Source: Alphaproteobacteria bacterium (GTDB lineage: Bacteria > Pseudomonadota > Alphaproteobacteria > UBA2966). From it: a stretch of DNA of 64,000 nucleotides. This document shows positions 22,657-32,932 of this stretch, piece after piece. The DNA lies in NCBI GenBank assembly GCA_964291395.2, contig OZ219856.1, positions 1,088,001 to 1,152,000 of the forward strand, read 5' to 3'. Each line of letters opens with the position of its first letter. Position 1 is the first letter of the stretch. The notes under the pieces are model-generated. The model made no database searches, was not told the DNA's origin, and saw nothing but the letters and a program-made list of their open reading frames with translations. Position numbers and translations under genes: made by a program.

Positions 22657-23353
22657 GCTCCGGGAGGCAAGCGTCGCCTACAATATGGTGCGGGCGTTGC
22701 ATCGGGTCAGCATGACCGTGCCGCTTGGCGGGATCGTCACCATCATCGGTGCCAACGGGGCCGGAAAGACCACCGCGTTGCGTGCCATATCGGGCTTGGT
22801 TAGGCTCGCGGAGGGGGAAATCGTGTTCGCCGGTGATCGCATCGACGGAATGGCTCCCGACCGGATCGCGGCGCGCGGCGTCGGGCACGTGCCGGAGGGA
22901 CGCCGTGTGTTTCCCGACCTCACGGTCGAGGAGAACCTACGTACTGGCGCGTTCCTCCGCCGCGATGTTGATCAGGTTCGCCGCGACCTTGAGGATGTCT
23001 ATGGCCGCTTTCCTCGCCTGGCCGAACGCCGGAGGCAATACGCCCGCACTCTGTCCGGCGGAGAGCAGCAGATGCTCGCCATCGGCCGCGCCCTCATGCT
23101 GCGGCCGCGACTGCTGCTTCTCGACGAACCCTCCATGGGACTGGCTCCGGTCGTGGTGGAAGAAATCGCCCGCATCGTCCTCGAGATCAGCGGGACGGGT
23201 GTTCCCATCGTGCTCGTAGAGCAGAACGCGGAAATGGCGCTCGAGCTGGCGGACTATGCCTACGTCCTGGAAACGGGCTCGGTAACCTTGCAGGGAGACG
23301 CGGAAGAACTGCATGGGAACGAGCATGTCCGTCGCGCCTATCTTGGCGGCTGA
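22646..23353 (+). CDS. ABC ATP-binding protein (LivF-like)
   Basis: [25 protein letters not shown]. Confidence 0.9.
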   Translation: MLLELREASVAYNMVRALHRVSMTVPLGGIVTIIGANGAGKTTALRAISGLVRLAEGEIVFAGDRIDGMAPDRIAARGVGHVPEGRRVFPDLTVEENLRTGAFLRRDVDQVRRDLEDVYGRFPRLAERRRQYARTLSGGEQQMLAIGRALMLRPRLLLLDEPSMGLAPVVVEEIARIVLEISGTGVPIVLVEQNAEMALELADYAYVLETGSVTLQGDAEELHGNEHVRRAYLGG

Positions 23354-23921
23354 TCGTCCCGGAGGTCCGCGGCCAGCCGGCTGGCGCCGCTCCGACCTAT
23401 GGTGGGAGCGCGTGCAAGTACGCGCCAAGAAGTTCCAACTCGAGGGGAACGTTCGGGCGGCGGCACGCTGCTGGACGTTCGGTCACCTGCTCGGAGTGCT
23501 CTTTTTTCCGGCGAACGATCCGCGCTCCGCCTGCGGCCTTGCCAACGCCGCTGCCGCCGCACGCCTCCACGGCCGGGTTCGGGCCGCGGAACTTCGGCTG
23601 CGCAGGGCGAGGGTGCTCTGGTCCGGGGTGCCGGATTGGCTCGAAACGATGCGCCTTGCGCCTCGAGCACGCAGTTCGCTTTACCATCTGCGGATGACCG
23701 TTCGCCACGGCGACACATTCGATCGTGCGCTCAAGGCGCGCCTGATGGAGCAGGTCCGGGAAGCCGAAGAGCGGCTGATCGAGGGCACGCTCGAACCGCC
23801 GGGAGACACGAGCCGATGGGTCGTCGAGCGCCCGCCGGTCTATGATGATACGCGCCGGCTTGCGGCGGCCTGCTTTCTGCTCGCCTTCGCGGGTCCCAGG
23901 CGGGAGCGCGACGATCGATGA
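23325..23921 (+). CDS. Hypothetical helical protein at the end of the ABC operon
   Basis: Overlaps the preceding stop; TPR-like FPANDPRSACGLAN segment, ARSSLYHLRM; start uncertain. Confidence 0.6.
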   Translation: MSVAPILAADRPGGPRPAGWRRSDLWWERVQVRAKKFQLEGNVRAAARCWTFGHLLGVLFFPANDPRSACGLANAAAAARLHGRVRAAELRLRRARVLWSGVPDWLETMRLAPRARSSLYHLRMTVRHGDTFDRALKARLMEQVREAEERLIEGTLEPPGDTSRWVVERPPVYDDTRRLAAACFLLAFAGPRRERDDR

Positions 23922-24030
23922 AGCATACCGTCGCGAGGCCGTGCCCTTGCTGCCGGGGCAGCCCGGGTCCGGCGATCGTGGAGCCCGGCCCTCGCGCTGA
24001 AGGGGGACGAGGACGCGGCCGGATCGGTGT

Positions 24031-26388
24031 TCAGCCTCGAACGCGCCGTTTTTCCGGGTCGTAGTGCGGGAAGGGCGCGACCGTCGCGGGAAGCCGCTTC
24101 TGTTCCCCGTCGAGCTTGCCGATCTCGACGTGCTTTCCTGGCCCGGCATGGAGAACGTCCAGCCGAGCGAGGGCGATGACCCGGCCGAGCGTCGGGGAGC
24201 GGGTCGCCGACGTCACGGCCCCGACCCGACTCCGCCCGACGTAGAGGCCGTCTCCACCGGCCGGTACCTCGCCACCCTCGATGTCGAGACCCACCAACCT
24301 GCGGTTCGGGTTGGCCGAGCGGCGTTCGAGCGCCTCGCGACCGATGAAATCTTCGTTCTTGGTGCGCAGCGGCACCGTGAAGCCGATTCCCGCCTCGAAG
24401 GGATCGGTCTCGTCATCGAACTCGCAACCGGCGAAGACGAGTCCGGCCTCGACGCGTAACATGTCCAGTGCCTCCAGTCCGAACGGGGAGAGGCGAAATT
24501 CCTCCCCCGCCGTCCAGATTGCGTCGAACACCGCGTTCGCGTCTTTCGGGTGACAGAATATCTCGTAGCCCAGCTCGCCGGTGTACCCGGTTCGCGAAAT
24601 GAGCATGGCTGGGCCGTCGAAGCCACCGATGCGGCCCACGGTAAAGCGAAACCACGGGAGTTCCTCGACGGTGGGACGGGCAGGGGGGGTCCAAACGAAC
24701 TTGGCCAGAATCTCCCGGCTTCGCGGGCCCTGGAGCGCTAGGTTGTGCAGATGATCCGTGGAAGGCTTGACCCAGGCGTTCAAACCGCGCCGCTCGGCTT
24801 GGTCGCGGAGCCACAGTCCTGACCGGTCGCTTCCGCCCACCCATCGGAAATTGTCGTTGCCCAGCCGGTAAATGGTGCCGTCATCGATCATGCCGCCGTG
24901 TTCGTGACACATGGCGGTATAGACGACCTGACCGACGGCGAGCCTCCGCACGTCGCGCGTCACGCAGTGCTGTAAGAGTGTCTCGGCGTCGGGTCCGAGG
25001 ACTTCGTACTTCCGCAAGGGAGAGAGGTCCGTGAGAGCGGCCCTTTCGCGGCAGGCCCAGTACTCGTCGATGGCGCCGTGACCGGTATAGTCCAGGGCCA
25101 GCCAGTAGCCGTTGTACTCCGCGAAGTTCCGGGTGCGCTCAGCCAGGCGTTCATGGAATGCCGTCTCCTTGGTCATGGCGGGCTCCGCGTCGGGGGTTGC
25201 TCGATAGGCGATCGCCTGCCGGAACGTCCGCCCGACGTCGTAGACACGGACCTGGATGTCGGTCGGCTCCCAGCCGTTCGCCGGGTCGATGTCGCAGGGG
25301 CAGGCCGTCGAGAAGCAGACGAGGTCGGTGAGCGCCCGAAGCAGCACGTAGTCGCCCGGCCGCGACCACGGATCATCCATGCCGATGCCGTTCGCCGAAT
25401 CGAGTATGGTGTTGTAGAAGAAATTGATGGCCGGCCAGCCGGCTCGGGCCGCGATCCCATAGCGTTCCGCTTCCGCGTTCAGGTTGTCCGAGCAATTCAC
25501 GTGACCGGGATAGCCGAGGTCTTCGTAATAGCGTGCCGTGCAGGCGAGATTGAAGGCATCGTGGCGCCCCACCGTATCCTGAACGATCTCCACCATCGGC
25601 GTTTGGGCCATCGAGAAATACTTCGCGTAGAGGCCGGGTTCCGGGTAGGCGATGCCGGTCATGGACCTGGTGGTCGTGGGATCGATGTCACGGACCTCGC
25701 CGCGTTCCAGCGCGCGCATCTCCCAGGCCTGGAAATCGGAACATTGGCGCCCCTGTACGTCGACGACCTGGATAAACTGCCCGGCTTCGACCTCGTAGGC
25801 GCGCGCGGTACCCGGATCGAGGTTGAAATCCTGGACCGGATCGGCGAGCGGTGGCGGCGGGTGGCGGCGGTCCGTGTTTCGAGCCGTGGCGCGGCGCACG
25901 TAAAGCACGATTTCGCTGGGTGGGTTCCACCCACCGGGGTCCATGGGCGAGGCCGGAACGCCGACGACCAGGGTTCCCGCTTCTCCGGCCGGGAGATGAA
26001 CGGTGTCTCCCGCACGCGACTCCGCGCCGAACAGGCGACCGCATTCCGCGTGCGCGATGTCGCACGCCGTGGCTTCGAGCGCTCTGCGGACATGCAACGC
26101 AGAGGCCTCGTCGCCGCTCAGGATGCCGGCTATCCCGCTCACCACGCTGCCTCCAGGGTCGAGGCCGAGGGCGCCGAGGGCGGAACGCCCCTCGCGATCG
26201 AAGTACGCCACCTCGCAGAGCTGCAGCCCGTAGCGGTCTTCGACGACGATTTCGTCGCCGGCCTCGATGACCAGCGTGCGGGTGCCGCCGCCGGGGATCG
26301 GGTAGCGCTCGGTATCCGGTGCCAGCACAGGCAGACCGGGAAGAAGCGCCCGGCCACGTCGTCCCGGCAAGATTTGCGGGGCCGGCAT
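24031..26388 (-). CDS. tdm: Trimethylamine N-oxide demethylase (DUF1989 plus GcvT-like aminomethyltransferase)
   Basis: GRQCSDF, HDAFNLAC, GHVNCSDN, ACPCDIDPANGW in the DUF1989 part; DLSPLRK and SRTGYTGELGYE in the GcvT part; directly downstream of tmm. Confidence 0.88.
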   Translation of the reverse strand: MPAPQILPGRRGRALLPGLPVLAPDTERYPIPGGGTRTLVIEAGDEIVVEDRYGLQLCEVAYFDREGRSALGALGLDPGGSVVSGIAGILSGDEASALHVRRALEATACDIAHAECGRLFGAESRAGDTVHLPAGEAGTLVVGVPASPMDPGGWNPPSEIVLYVRRATARNTDRRHPPPPLADPVQDFNLDPGTARAYEVEAGQFIQVVDVQGRQCSDFQAWEMRALERGEVRDIDPTTTRSMTGIAYPEPGLYAKYFSMAQTPMVEIVQDTVGRHDAFNLACTARYYEDLGYPGHVNCSDNLNAEAERYGIAARAGWPAINFFYNTILDSANGIGMDDPWSRPGDYVLLRALTDLVCFSTACPCDIDPANGWEPTDIQVRVYDVGRTFRQAIAYRATPDAEPAMTKETAFHERLAERTRNFAEYNGYWLALDYTGHGAIDEYWACRERAALTDLSPLRKYEVLGPDAETLLQHCVTRDVRRLAVGQVVYTAMCHEHGGMIDDGTIYRLGNDNFRWVGGSDRSGLWLRDQAERRGLNAWVKPSTDHLHNLALQGPRSREILAKFVWTPPARPTVEELPWFRFTVGRIGGFDGPAMLISRTGYTGELGYEIFCHPKDANAVFDAIWTAGEEFRLSPFGLEALDMLRVEAGLVFAGCEFDDETDPFEAGIGFTVPLRTKNEDFIGREALERRSANPNRRLVGLDIEGGEVPAGGDGLYVGRSRVGAVTSATRSPTLGRVIALARLDVLHAGPGKHVEIGKLDGEQKRLPATVAPFPHYDPEKRRVRG

Positions 26389-26419
26389 CGGCGGGTGCTC
26401 TGCTTGCCGCGTCCGGTCT

Positions 26420-27766
26420 CTACCCGCCCGCGTTGTTCACGAAGGACTCGAGGGAATCGTCCATGGCCGACAGCCAGGGAACGCTGGGTAGTGGCGCCAT
26501 GGTGCCCGTGCAGGGGGAACGGAACGCCTTGTTCCGGTAGGCCGTGATGTCGTCGATCTTATGGTGCTCCCACTCCTTGAACGCCGCCACCGTGAGATCG
26601 ACGTCGAACTTCGGGTAGTCGACGACGTCGAGGAGGTCCCGCATGTAATCGGCCTGGAAATCGATTTCTTGATAGGGATCCTCCAGCGCCTCCTCCCGCG
26701 CGACCCAGCTGGCGATGTCCTCGGCCATGGCGGCGGCGGAGGGCAGTGCCGTCCGCCCCATGACCACGTCCCGGGCGTACCACGCCTGCGCGTCGAACAT
26801 GGTGAACGTGTAGTACTGGTCCTGCATTCCCAGATAGATGAGCCGCGGATTTTTCTCGAACACCACCCCCTTGTAGAGAGCCGGTGGATAGAGCCGATTG
26901 CCGGTGTGCAGCCTGAGCGCGTCCTCGAGGAAGGGGAAGTGGTGCAAGTAGCCCGTGCAGAGGATGAGCGCGTCGAACTCCTTGCTGGTGCCGTCCTTGA
27001 AGTGAGCCACGCGTCCGTCGAAGCGCTGTACGAGCGGCCGTTCGTCCATGGTCTCGGGCCATTTGAACCCCATGGCTCCGGTCCGGTATGTCATGGTCAC
27101 CGACTTGGCGCCGTACTTGTGGCATTGCAGGGCGATGTCCTCTGCCGAGTAGCTGGCGCCGACGACCAGCACGTCTTGGCCCGCGAACTGCGCCGCGTCC
27201 CGGAAGTCGTGCGCGTGGAGCGCGCGTCCGGTGAAGGTCTCGATACCGTCGAAATGGGGCACGTTGGGGACCGAGAAATGCCCGGTGGCGACGATAACGT
27301 TGTCAAACAGTTCGGAACGGGTGCCGCCGGATTCGAGCTCGTCGGCGGTGAGAACGAATTTTTCCCTTTCAGCGTCCCAGTACACGTATCGCGCTTCTGT
27401 ACCGAAGCGAACGCAATCCCGCATGCCGCTCTTATCGGCACGTCCCCGGATATAGTCGGCCATAACCCCGCGCGGCGGAAACGAGGGGATCGGCTTGCCG
27501 AAATGCTCTTCGAAGGGGTAATCGGCGAACTCCAGGCATTCCTTGGGGCCGTTGGACCAAAGGTAGCGGTACATGCTGGTGTGCACGGATTCGCCATGGG
27601 TGCCGGTACCCGTGCGCCAAGTGTAGTTCCAAAGTCCGCCCCAATCCGACTGCTTCTCGTAGCACACGACTTCCGGGATGTCCGAGCCCGCGGCCTTGGC
27701 CGCGGCAAAGGCGCAGAGCTGACCGAGGCCGCAGGGACCCGCGCCGATGATGGCCACTCGCTTCAT
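26420..27766 (-). CDS. tmm: Trimethylamine monooxygenase (bacterial flavin-containing monooxygenase)
   Basis: GAGPCG, WGGLWNYTWRTG, SMYRYLWSNGPKECLEF, F-x-G-x3-H-x-H-D-F-R FMO motif, GASYSAED. Confidence 0.92.
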   Translation of the reverse strand: MKRVAIIGAGPCGLGQLCAFAAAKAAGSDIPEVVCYEKQSDWGGLWNYTWRTGTGTHGESVHTSMYRYLWSNGPKECLEFADYPFEEHFGKPIPSFPPRGVMADYIRGRADKSGMRDCVRFGTEARYVYWDAEREKFVLTADELESGGTRSELFDNVIVATGHFSVPNVPHFDGIETFTGRALHAHDFRDAAQFAGQDVLVVGASYSAEDIALQCHKYGAKSVTMTYRTGAMGFKWPETMDERPLVQRFDGRVAHFKDGTSKEFDALILCTGYLHHFPFLEDALRLHTGNRLYPPALYKGVVFEKNPRLIYLGMQDQYYTFTMFDAQAWYARDVVMGRTALPSAAAMAEDIASWVAREEALEDPYQEIDFQADYMRDLLDVVDYPKFDVDLTVAAFKEWEHHKIDDITAYRNKAFRSPCTGTMAPLPSVPWLSAMDDSLESFVNNAGG

Positions 27767-27998
27767 GTTTTCCTCCCATCTCGATGGCCGGTCCGCGCGG
27801 TGCGGCGGGACCGATCCTGCATCCGGTACGTGGTACTGCCTAGACGATATTGTTCCGTTCGATACAAGGCAAGCCGCGCGACAGCCCGCACGATAGCCCG
27901 AGACTAGTCATCGCCGATGCCTCACCGAAACTTTGTGCGGTGTTGGCGCCGGCACGCGACATGTGGTACTAGACCGGGTAGCTCACGAACCGACTGTC

Positions 27999-28433
27999 AT
28001 GCCCTCCGAAGCCATCGTCATTGCCTCCGATCATGCCGGGTATGAGCTCAAGGAAGTCCTCAAGCAGGAGCTGACGACCATGGGCTACCGGGTGTTGGAT
28101 TTGGGGACCGGCAGCACGGAATCCGTGGATTATCCTGATTTTGGACGCGCCGCCGCGAAAGCCATCGCCGACGGCCGGAGCTCACGTGGGATCATCGTCT
28201 GCGGAACCGGAATCGGTATTTCCATCGCGGCTAATCGACATCCCGGGATCAGAGCAGCCTTGTGCCACGACGTGGAGACCGCGCGGCTGGGGCGGGAGCA
28301 CAATGATGCCAATCTGTTGGCGCTGGGAGGACGGACGACGGACCTTGAAACGGCAAAGGCTTGCCTGAAGACGTTCCTCGAGACGCCGTACGATGGCGGC
28401 CGGCATGAACCGCGGGTCGCGAAGCTCGCGTGA
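27999..28433 (+). CDS. rpiB: Ribose-5-phosphate isomerase B
   Basis: ASDHAG, SVDYPD, CGTGIG, REHNDAN, GGRH. Confidence 0.95.
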   Translation: MPSEAIVIASDHAGYELKEVLKQELTTMGYRVLDLGTGSTESVDYPDFGRAAAKAIADGRSSRGIIVCGTGIGISIAANRHPGIRAALCHDVETARLGREHNDANLLALGGRTTDLETAKACLKTFLETPYDGGRHEPRVAKLA

Positions 28434-28630
28434 TCGAGGGGACGGCGGGAGATCACCGAATTATGAACCGATCTTCGTGGGGGCATCCGAAACCTGGAAT
28501 GACCGTCGCGGGGCCAACGCGGTTGAAACACGGTTGGGCCTGGACGTCGGCGTCCTTGAATGACGCCGGGTCGGAGATATCCGGATCCGTCATGATCGCG
28601 CAAAGCTCAGTGTTGGGAGTGGGGTGAACC

Positions 28631-29092
28631 ATGCGCTGTCCGTTTTGTGGAGCAGAAGATACTCAGGTGAAGGACTCCCGTCCCACCGAGGACAAGAATG
28701 CGATTCGCCGGCGCCGCTTCTGCCCCGATTGTGGATCCCGTTTTACGACCTTCGAACGGGTGCAGCTTCGGGAACTCACGGTGGTCAAGAAGAATAATCA
28801 GAGGGTGCCGTTCGATCGCGACAAGCTCGTGCGTTCCGTGCTCGTGGCTACGCGCAAGCGCCCTGTGGAGCCCGAGCGGATCGATCGAATGATCAGTGGC
28901 ATCGTCCGGCAGCTGGAGAGCCTCGGGGAAACGGAAGTTTCATCCGACGTCATTGGCAAGATCGTCATGGACGCGCTGTCCAACCTGGACCAGGTCGCAT
29001 ATGTACGCTTCGCGTCCGTCTATCGGAACTTTCGCGAGGCTCGCGACTTCGAAGAATTCATCGGCGAACTGAGTGGCGCAAAAGACGACTGA
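28631..29092 (+). CDS. nrdR: Transcriptional repressor NrdR
   Basis: [30 protein letters not shown]. Confidence 0.97.
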   Translation: MRCPFCGAEDTQVKDSRPTEDKNAIRRRRFCPDCGSRFTTFERVQLRELTVVKKNNQRVPFDRDKLVRSVLVATRKRPVEPERIDRMISGIVRQLESLGETEVSSDVIGKIVMDALSNLDQVAYVRFASVYRNFREARDFEEFIGELSGAKDD

Positions 29093-30227
29093 TCCCGCCG
29101 ACGCCTCCTTCATGACAGCCGCGCTCGGCGTGGCCCGGCGAGGGCTCGGCCGGGTTTGGCCCAACCCCGCGGTAGGGTGCGTCATCGTTCGGGACAACCG
29201 TGCGGTTGGACGCGGTTGGACGTGTGAGGGCGGGAGGCCGCATGCGGAAACCGAGGCGTTGCGCAGGGCTGGCGATCTTGCGGCGGGGTCTACCGCATAT
29301 GTCACGCTCGAACCCTGCGCACACCACGGCGAGACACCGCCTTGCTGCGAAGCGCTGGTGGAGGCAGGCGTGGAACGCGTGGTGGTTGCATGTATCGACC
29401 CTGATCCGCGCGTCGACGGTGCCGGCGTCAAAGCGCTGCGCACCGCCGGTGTGGATGTCGACGTCGGGGTATGCGCCGACGCGGCGCGGGAATTAAACGC
29501 CGGCTTTCTTCTGCGGGTGACGGAGGGACGGCCGCTGATAACGTTGAAGCTGGCCAGCAGTCTCGACGGCAGGATCGCGACGCGGACCGGTCACAGCCGT
29601 TGGATCACGGGCGAAGCCGCGCGGGCCCAGGCCCACGCCCTTCGGGCCCGGCATGACGCGATCCTCGTTGGGGGAGGGACGGTGATTACCGACAATCCGC
29701 GGCTGACTTGTAGATTGCCGGGACTCGAAGAGCGTTCGCCGGTACGGATCGTCGTCGACGGTCATTTGTCCTTTCCGCTCACGGCGGATGTCGTGGCCTC
29801 CGCCTTGACCACTCCGACATGGGTCATCACACTGCCCAGCGCCGACGCCGGTCGGCGCAAGGCCTTGGCGGACAGCGGGGTTGAAATCATCGAAGTGGCG
29901 GCGGATTCGGCGGGAAGACCGGATCTGCAACAAGCCATGAAGAGCCTGGGTTCGTTGGGTTTGACTCGAATTCTCGTGGAAGGCGGCAGCCGGATTGCCG
30001 GCGCCTTGATTCGCGATGGCTTGGTTGATCGCGTGGTTTGGTTTCGGGCGCCCACTGTGCTGGGCGGCGATGGAACGCCCGCTGTAGCGGGATTTGGTGT
30101 GGAAAACGTGGCCGAGGCCCCCATGCTTCGGCAGATGGAGTCGGCCAGAATAGGTAGCGACGTCATGGAGTCCTACATCGTGGAACGTTCGTTCGACACC
30201 GGCAGCCGAGATCCCGACGAGGGCTGA
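29073..30227 (+). CDS. ribD: Riboflavin biosynthesis deaminase/reductase
   Basis: PNPAVGC, HAE, TLEPCAH..TPPC, SLDGRIA, VEGG. Confidence 0.95.
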   Translation: MAQKTTDPADASFMTAALGVARRGLGRVWPNPAVGCVIVRDNRAVGRGWTCEGGRPHAETEALRRAGDLAAGSTAYVTLEPCAHHGETPPCCEALVEAGVERVVVACIDPDPRVDGAGVKALRTAGVDVDVGVCADAARELNAGFLLRVTEGRPLITLKLASSLDGRIATRTGHSRWITGEAARAQAHALRARHDAILVGGGTVITDNPRLTCRLPGLEERSPVRIVVDGHLSFPLTADVVASALTTPTWVITLPSADAGRRKALADSGVEIIEVAADSAGRPDLQQAMKSLGSLGLTRILVEGGSRIAGALIRDGLVDRVVWFRAPTVLGGDGTPAVAGFGVENVAEAPMLRQMESARIGSDVMESYIVERSFDTGSRDPDEG

Positions 30228-30231
30228 GCCC

Positions 30232-30834
30232 GTGTTTACCGGTATCATCACGGATATGGGGCGGGTACGTGCCGTGGAATCGAACGGGGACACCCGGTTC
30301 ACGATCGATACGGCGTACGGCCTTTCGGAGATCGACATCGGTGCCTCCATCGCATGCGCGGGTGTGTGTCTGACGGTCGTTGACAAATCCCCAAGCGTCG
30401 ACTCGGCAAGTAGCTTTTCGGTTACGGCCTCAGCCGAAACATTGTCGAAAACAACGCTTGGAGACTGGACGGAGGGAACGTACGTCAATCTCGAGAAAAG
30501 CCTCAGGGTGGGAGATGAACTGGGTGGCCACATCGTTACGGGCCACGTCGACGGCACTGTCACAATCGTTTCAACGGTTCAGGAAGGAGATTCCATCCGG
30601 TTCGTGTTCCGGATCGAAGACGCGTTGAGGCGTTTCGTCGCTCCGAAAGGCTCGATCGCCCTCGATGGTGTGTCTCTGACCGTGAATGAAGTGGAAGGCG
30701 ATACGTTTGGCGTGAACATTATTCCCCATACGCGCGCCGCGACAACGTTTGGCGAGGCTGCACGAGGCGGCAGAGCCAACCTGGAAATCGACGTGCTGGC
30801 CAGGTATGTCGCGCGCCTGGCGGAGGATGGATGA
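30232..30834 (+). CDS. ribE: Riboflavin synthase
   Basis: MFTGII, GVCLTV, GGHIVTGHVD, KGSIALDGVSLTV. Confidence 0.96.
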   Translation: MFTGIITDMGRVRAVESNGDTRFTIDTAYGLSEIDIGASIACAGVCLTVVDKSPSVDSASSFSVTASAETLSKTTLGDWTEGTYVNLEKSLRVGDELGGHIVTGHVDGTVTIVSTVQEGDSIRFVFRIEDALRRFVAPKGSIALDGVSLTVNEVEGDTFGVNIIPHTRAATTFGEAARGGRANLEIDVLARYVARLAEDG

Positions 30835-31955
30835 CCGTATCGGATCTCGACTATCTGACGGACGCCGAAGGGATCGTCGAGGAATTCCGGCGTGGCCGCA
30901 TGGTTATCCTCATCGACGACGAGGGGCGGGAGAACGAGGGTGATCTCGTGATACCTGCCGAGCTTGCCGATGCCGACGCCGTCAATTTCATGGCAAAGTA
31001 CGGGCGAGGATTGGTCTGCCTCGCGTTGACGGCGGAACGGGTCCGCGAACTCGACCTACCGTTGATGGCGCGGACGAACGAGTCACGCCACCAGACGGCC
31101 TTTACCGTCTCGATCGAGGCTCGAGAGGGCGTCACCACGGGAATCTCGGCGGCGGACCGCGCACGCACGATTGCGGTTGCCATCGATCCCGCGTCCGGCA
31201 AATCCGACATCGGCAGTCCCGGACATGTATTCCCTCTCATCGCGCGGGACGGTGGCGTTCTTGTGAGGGCGGGCCATACCGAGGCTGCAGTCGATCTCGC
31301 GAGAATGGCGGGATACGCGCCGGCCGGCGTGATCTGCGAGATCATGAACGATGACGGCACCATGGCCCGGCTGACCGATCTCGTGAAGTTCGCCCAATTT
31401 CACAATCTCAAGATCGCCACTATCGCGGACTTGATCGCCTATCGGCGTCGCAACGAAACGATCGTCAAGCGCACCCACGAAATCGATTTCGAGAGTCGGT
31501 ATGGGGGGAGGTTCCGTCTCGTCGTGTACGTCAATCAGGTCGAATACGCGGAGCACATCGCGCTGGTTAAGGGCGATGTCGGTGACGGCGACCCGGTGCT
31601 CGTGCGCATGCATTCGCTCAACGTCCTCGAAGATCTTCTCGGGGACGAACCTGACCGCGGATCACAGCTTCACGCGGCGATGGCTGAGGTCGGCCGCCGG
31701 GGGCGGGGAGTGGTGGTCCTGATTCGCGAACCGCGGCCAACCGCCCTGTCCGATCTCGTGGAACGGCGATTGGGCGTCCGGGAGGCTCAGTCGGTCAGAC
31801 TGCGCGACTACGGAACGGGCGCCCAGATCCTCCTCGACTTGGGCGTGAAGGACATGATCCTCCTCTCCAATACGGCCCGGCGGACGATCGTGGGATTGGA
31901 CGGTTATGGCCTGTCGGTGATCGACGTTCGGCCGATACCGCCGATGGAAGGCTGA
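30831..31955 (+). CDS. ribB: DHBP synthase with a degenerate GTP cyclohydrolase II domain (RibBX type)
   Basis: DDEGRENEGD, TGISAADR, RAGHTEA; the C-terminal VRMHSLNVLEDL lacks the Zn-binding cysteines of RibA. Confidence 0.92.
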   Translation: MTVSDLDYLTDAEGIVEEFRRGRMVILIDDEGRENEGDLVIPAELADADAVNFMAKYGRGLVCLALTAERVRELDLPLMARTNESRHQTAFTVSIEAREGVTTGISAADRARTIAVAIDPASGKSDIGSPGHVFPLIARDGGVLVRAGHTEAAVDLARMAGYAPAGVICEIMNDDGTMARLTDLVKFAQFHNLKIATIADLIAYRRRNETIVKRTHEIDFESRYGGRFRLVVYVNQVEYAEHIALVKGDVGDGDPVLVRMHSLNVLEDLLGDEPDRGSQLHAAMAEVGRRGRGVVVLIREPRPTALSDLVERRLGVREAQSVRLRDYGTGAQILLDLGVKDMILLSNTARRTIVGLDGYGLSVIDVRPIPPMEG

Positions 31956-31958
31956 CCG

Positions 31959-32420
31959 ATGGCTGACGCACCGTATCTGCTCGTCGTCGAAGCCCGATTT
32001 TACGAGGACATCGCGGATGAGTTGGCCAAAGGTGCTGAAGCGGCGATCGAAGCCGCCGGGGCCACCCACACACGTATCTGGGTGCCCGGCGCCCTGGAGA
32101 TACCGATGGCGCTCCAGATGGCCATTCGCTCGATGGACGTGCCCGGCGTCCGACGCCGGTACGACGGTTTCGTCGCGTTGGGATGCGTCATACGAGGCGA
32201 GACTTCGCATTACGACCATGTGTGTCGGGAGTGCATGCACGGCATTGCCCAACTGGGTACGGCCTGTTCCGTTGCGATCGGCAACGGCGTACTGACGTGT
32301 GAAACCAGAGACCAGGCCTGGCGGCGTGCAGCCGTCGACGAAGGTGACAAGGGTGGCGCCGCCGTGCGCGCCGCGTTGCGCATGATAGACGTCGAGCGCG
32401 AGTTGCTGCCGGAGCGATGA
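31959..32420 (+). CDS. ribH: 6,7-dimethyl-8-ribityllumazine synthase
   Basis: VPGALEIP, LGCVIRGETSHYD, GNGVLT, DKG. Confidence 0.96.
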   Translation: MADAPYLLVVEARFYEDIADELAKGAEAAIEAAGATHTRIWVPGALEIPMALQMAIRSMDVPGVRRRYDGFVALGCVIRGETSHYDHVCRECMHGIAQLGTACSVAIGNGVLTCETRDQAWRRAAVDEGDKGGAAVRAALRMIDVERELLPER

Positions 32421-32932
32421 CCGCGTCACGCGCCGGCGACAACGCGCCGCCCGGCCCGCGGGGAATGGCCCGATTGTGCGCCGTGCAAGCGCTCTATCAA
32501 ATCGAGATCAGTGGAACGAGTCACGGACTGGTCATCGACGAATTCATCGGATTTCGCATGAGCGGGGAAATCGGCGAGGGCTTGAGTGGGCAGGCCGACC
32601 CGGACTTTTTTCGCGACGTCGTGTCCGGCGTGAATGCCCGGGACGCGGAAATCGTAAGCGCCGTAGGGGAGGCCCTGTCGGAAGGCTGGTCTTACGGGCG
32701 TCTCGATGCGACGCTCCGTCAGATATTGCGAGCGGGAGCGTACGAGTTGATCGCCCGTGTCGACGTCCCGGCACGTGTCGTCATCGACGAGTATGTGGAA
32801 TTGGCGAATGCGTTTTTCGAGGGTCCGGAACCGGGCTTCGTGAATGCGGTTCTCGATGGGCTGGGGCGCAAGTATCGGAGTGGGGAGATGGCTGCCGCCA
32901 AGGATACACAGACAAGAGTCGGGCGAACGTGA
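32417..32932 (+). CDS. nusB: Transcription antitermination factor NusB
   Basis: AVQALYQ, VVIDEYVELA, FVNAVLD. Confidence 0.95.
   Translation: MTASRAGDNAPPGPRGMARLCAVQALYQIEISGTSHGLVIDEFIGFRMSGEIGEGLSGQADPDFFRDVVSGVNARDAEIVSAVGEALSEGWSYGRLDATLRQILRAGAYELIARVDVPARVVIDEYVELANAFFEGPEPGFVNAVLDGLGRKYRSGEMAAAKDTQTRVGRT

Noticed and set aside
28430-28627. 65-aa ORF between rpiB and nrdR, or a riboswitch there
   Set aside because: No recognizable protein motif or codon bias, and I could not match FMN or ZTP riboswitch consensus elements.
30831-31955. Loss of Zn-binding cysteines in the RibA-like domain
   Set aside because: This is the known RibBX architecture, common in Proteobacteria.
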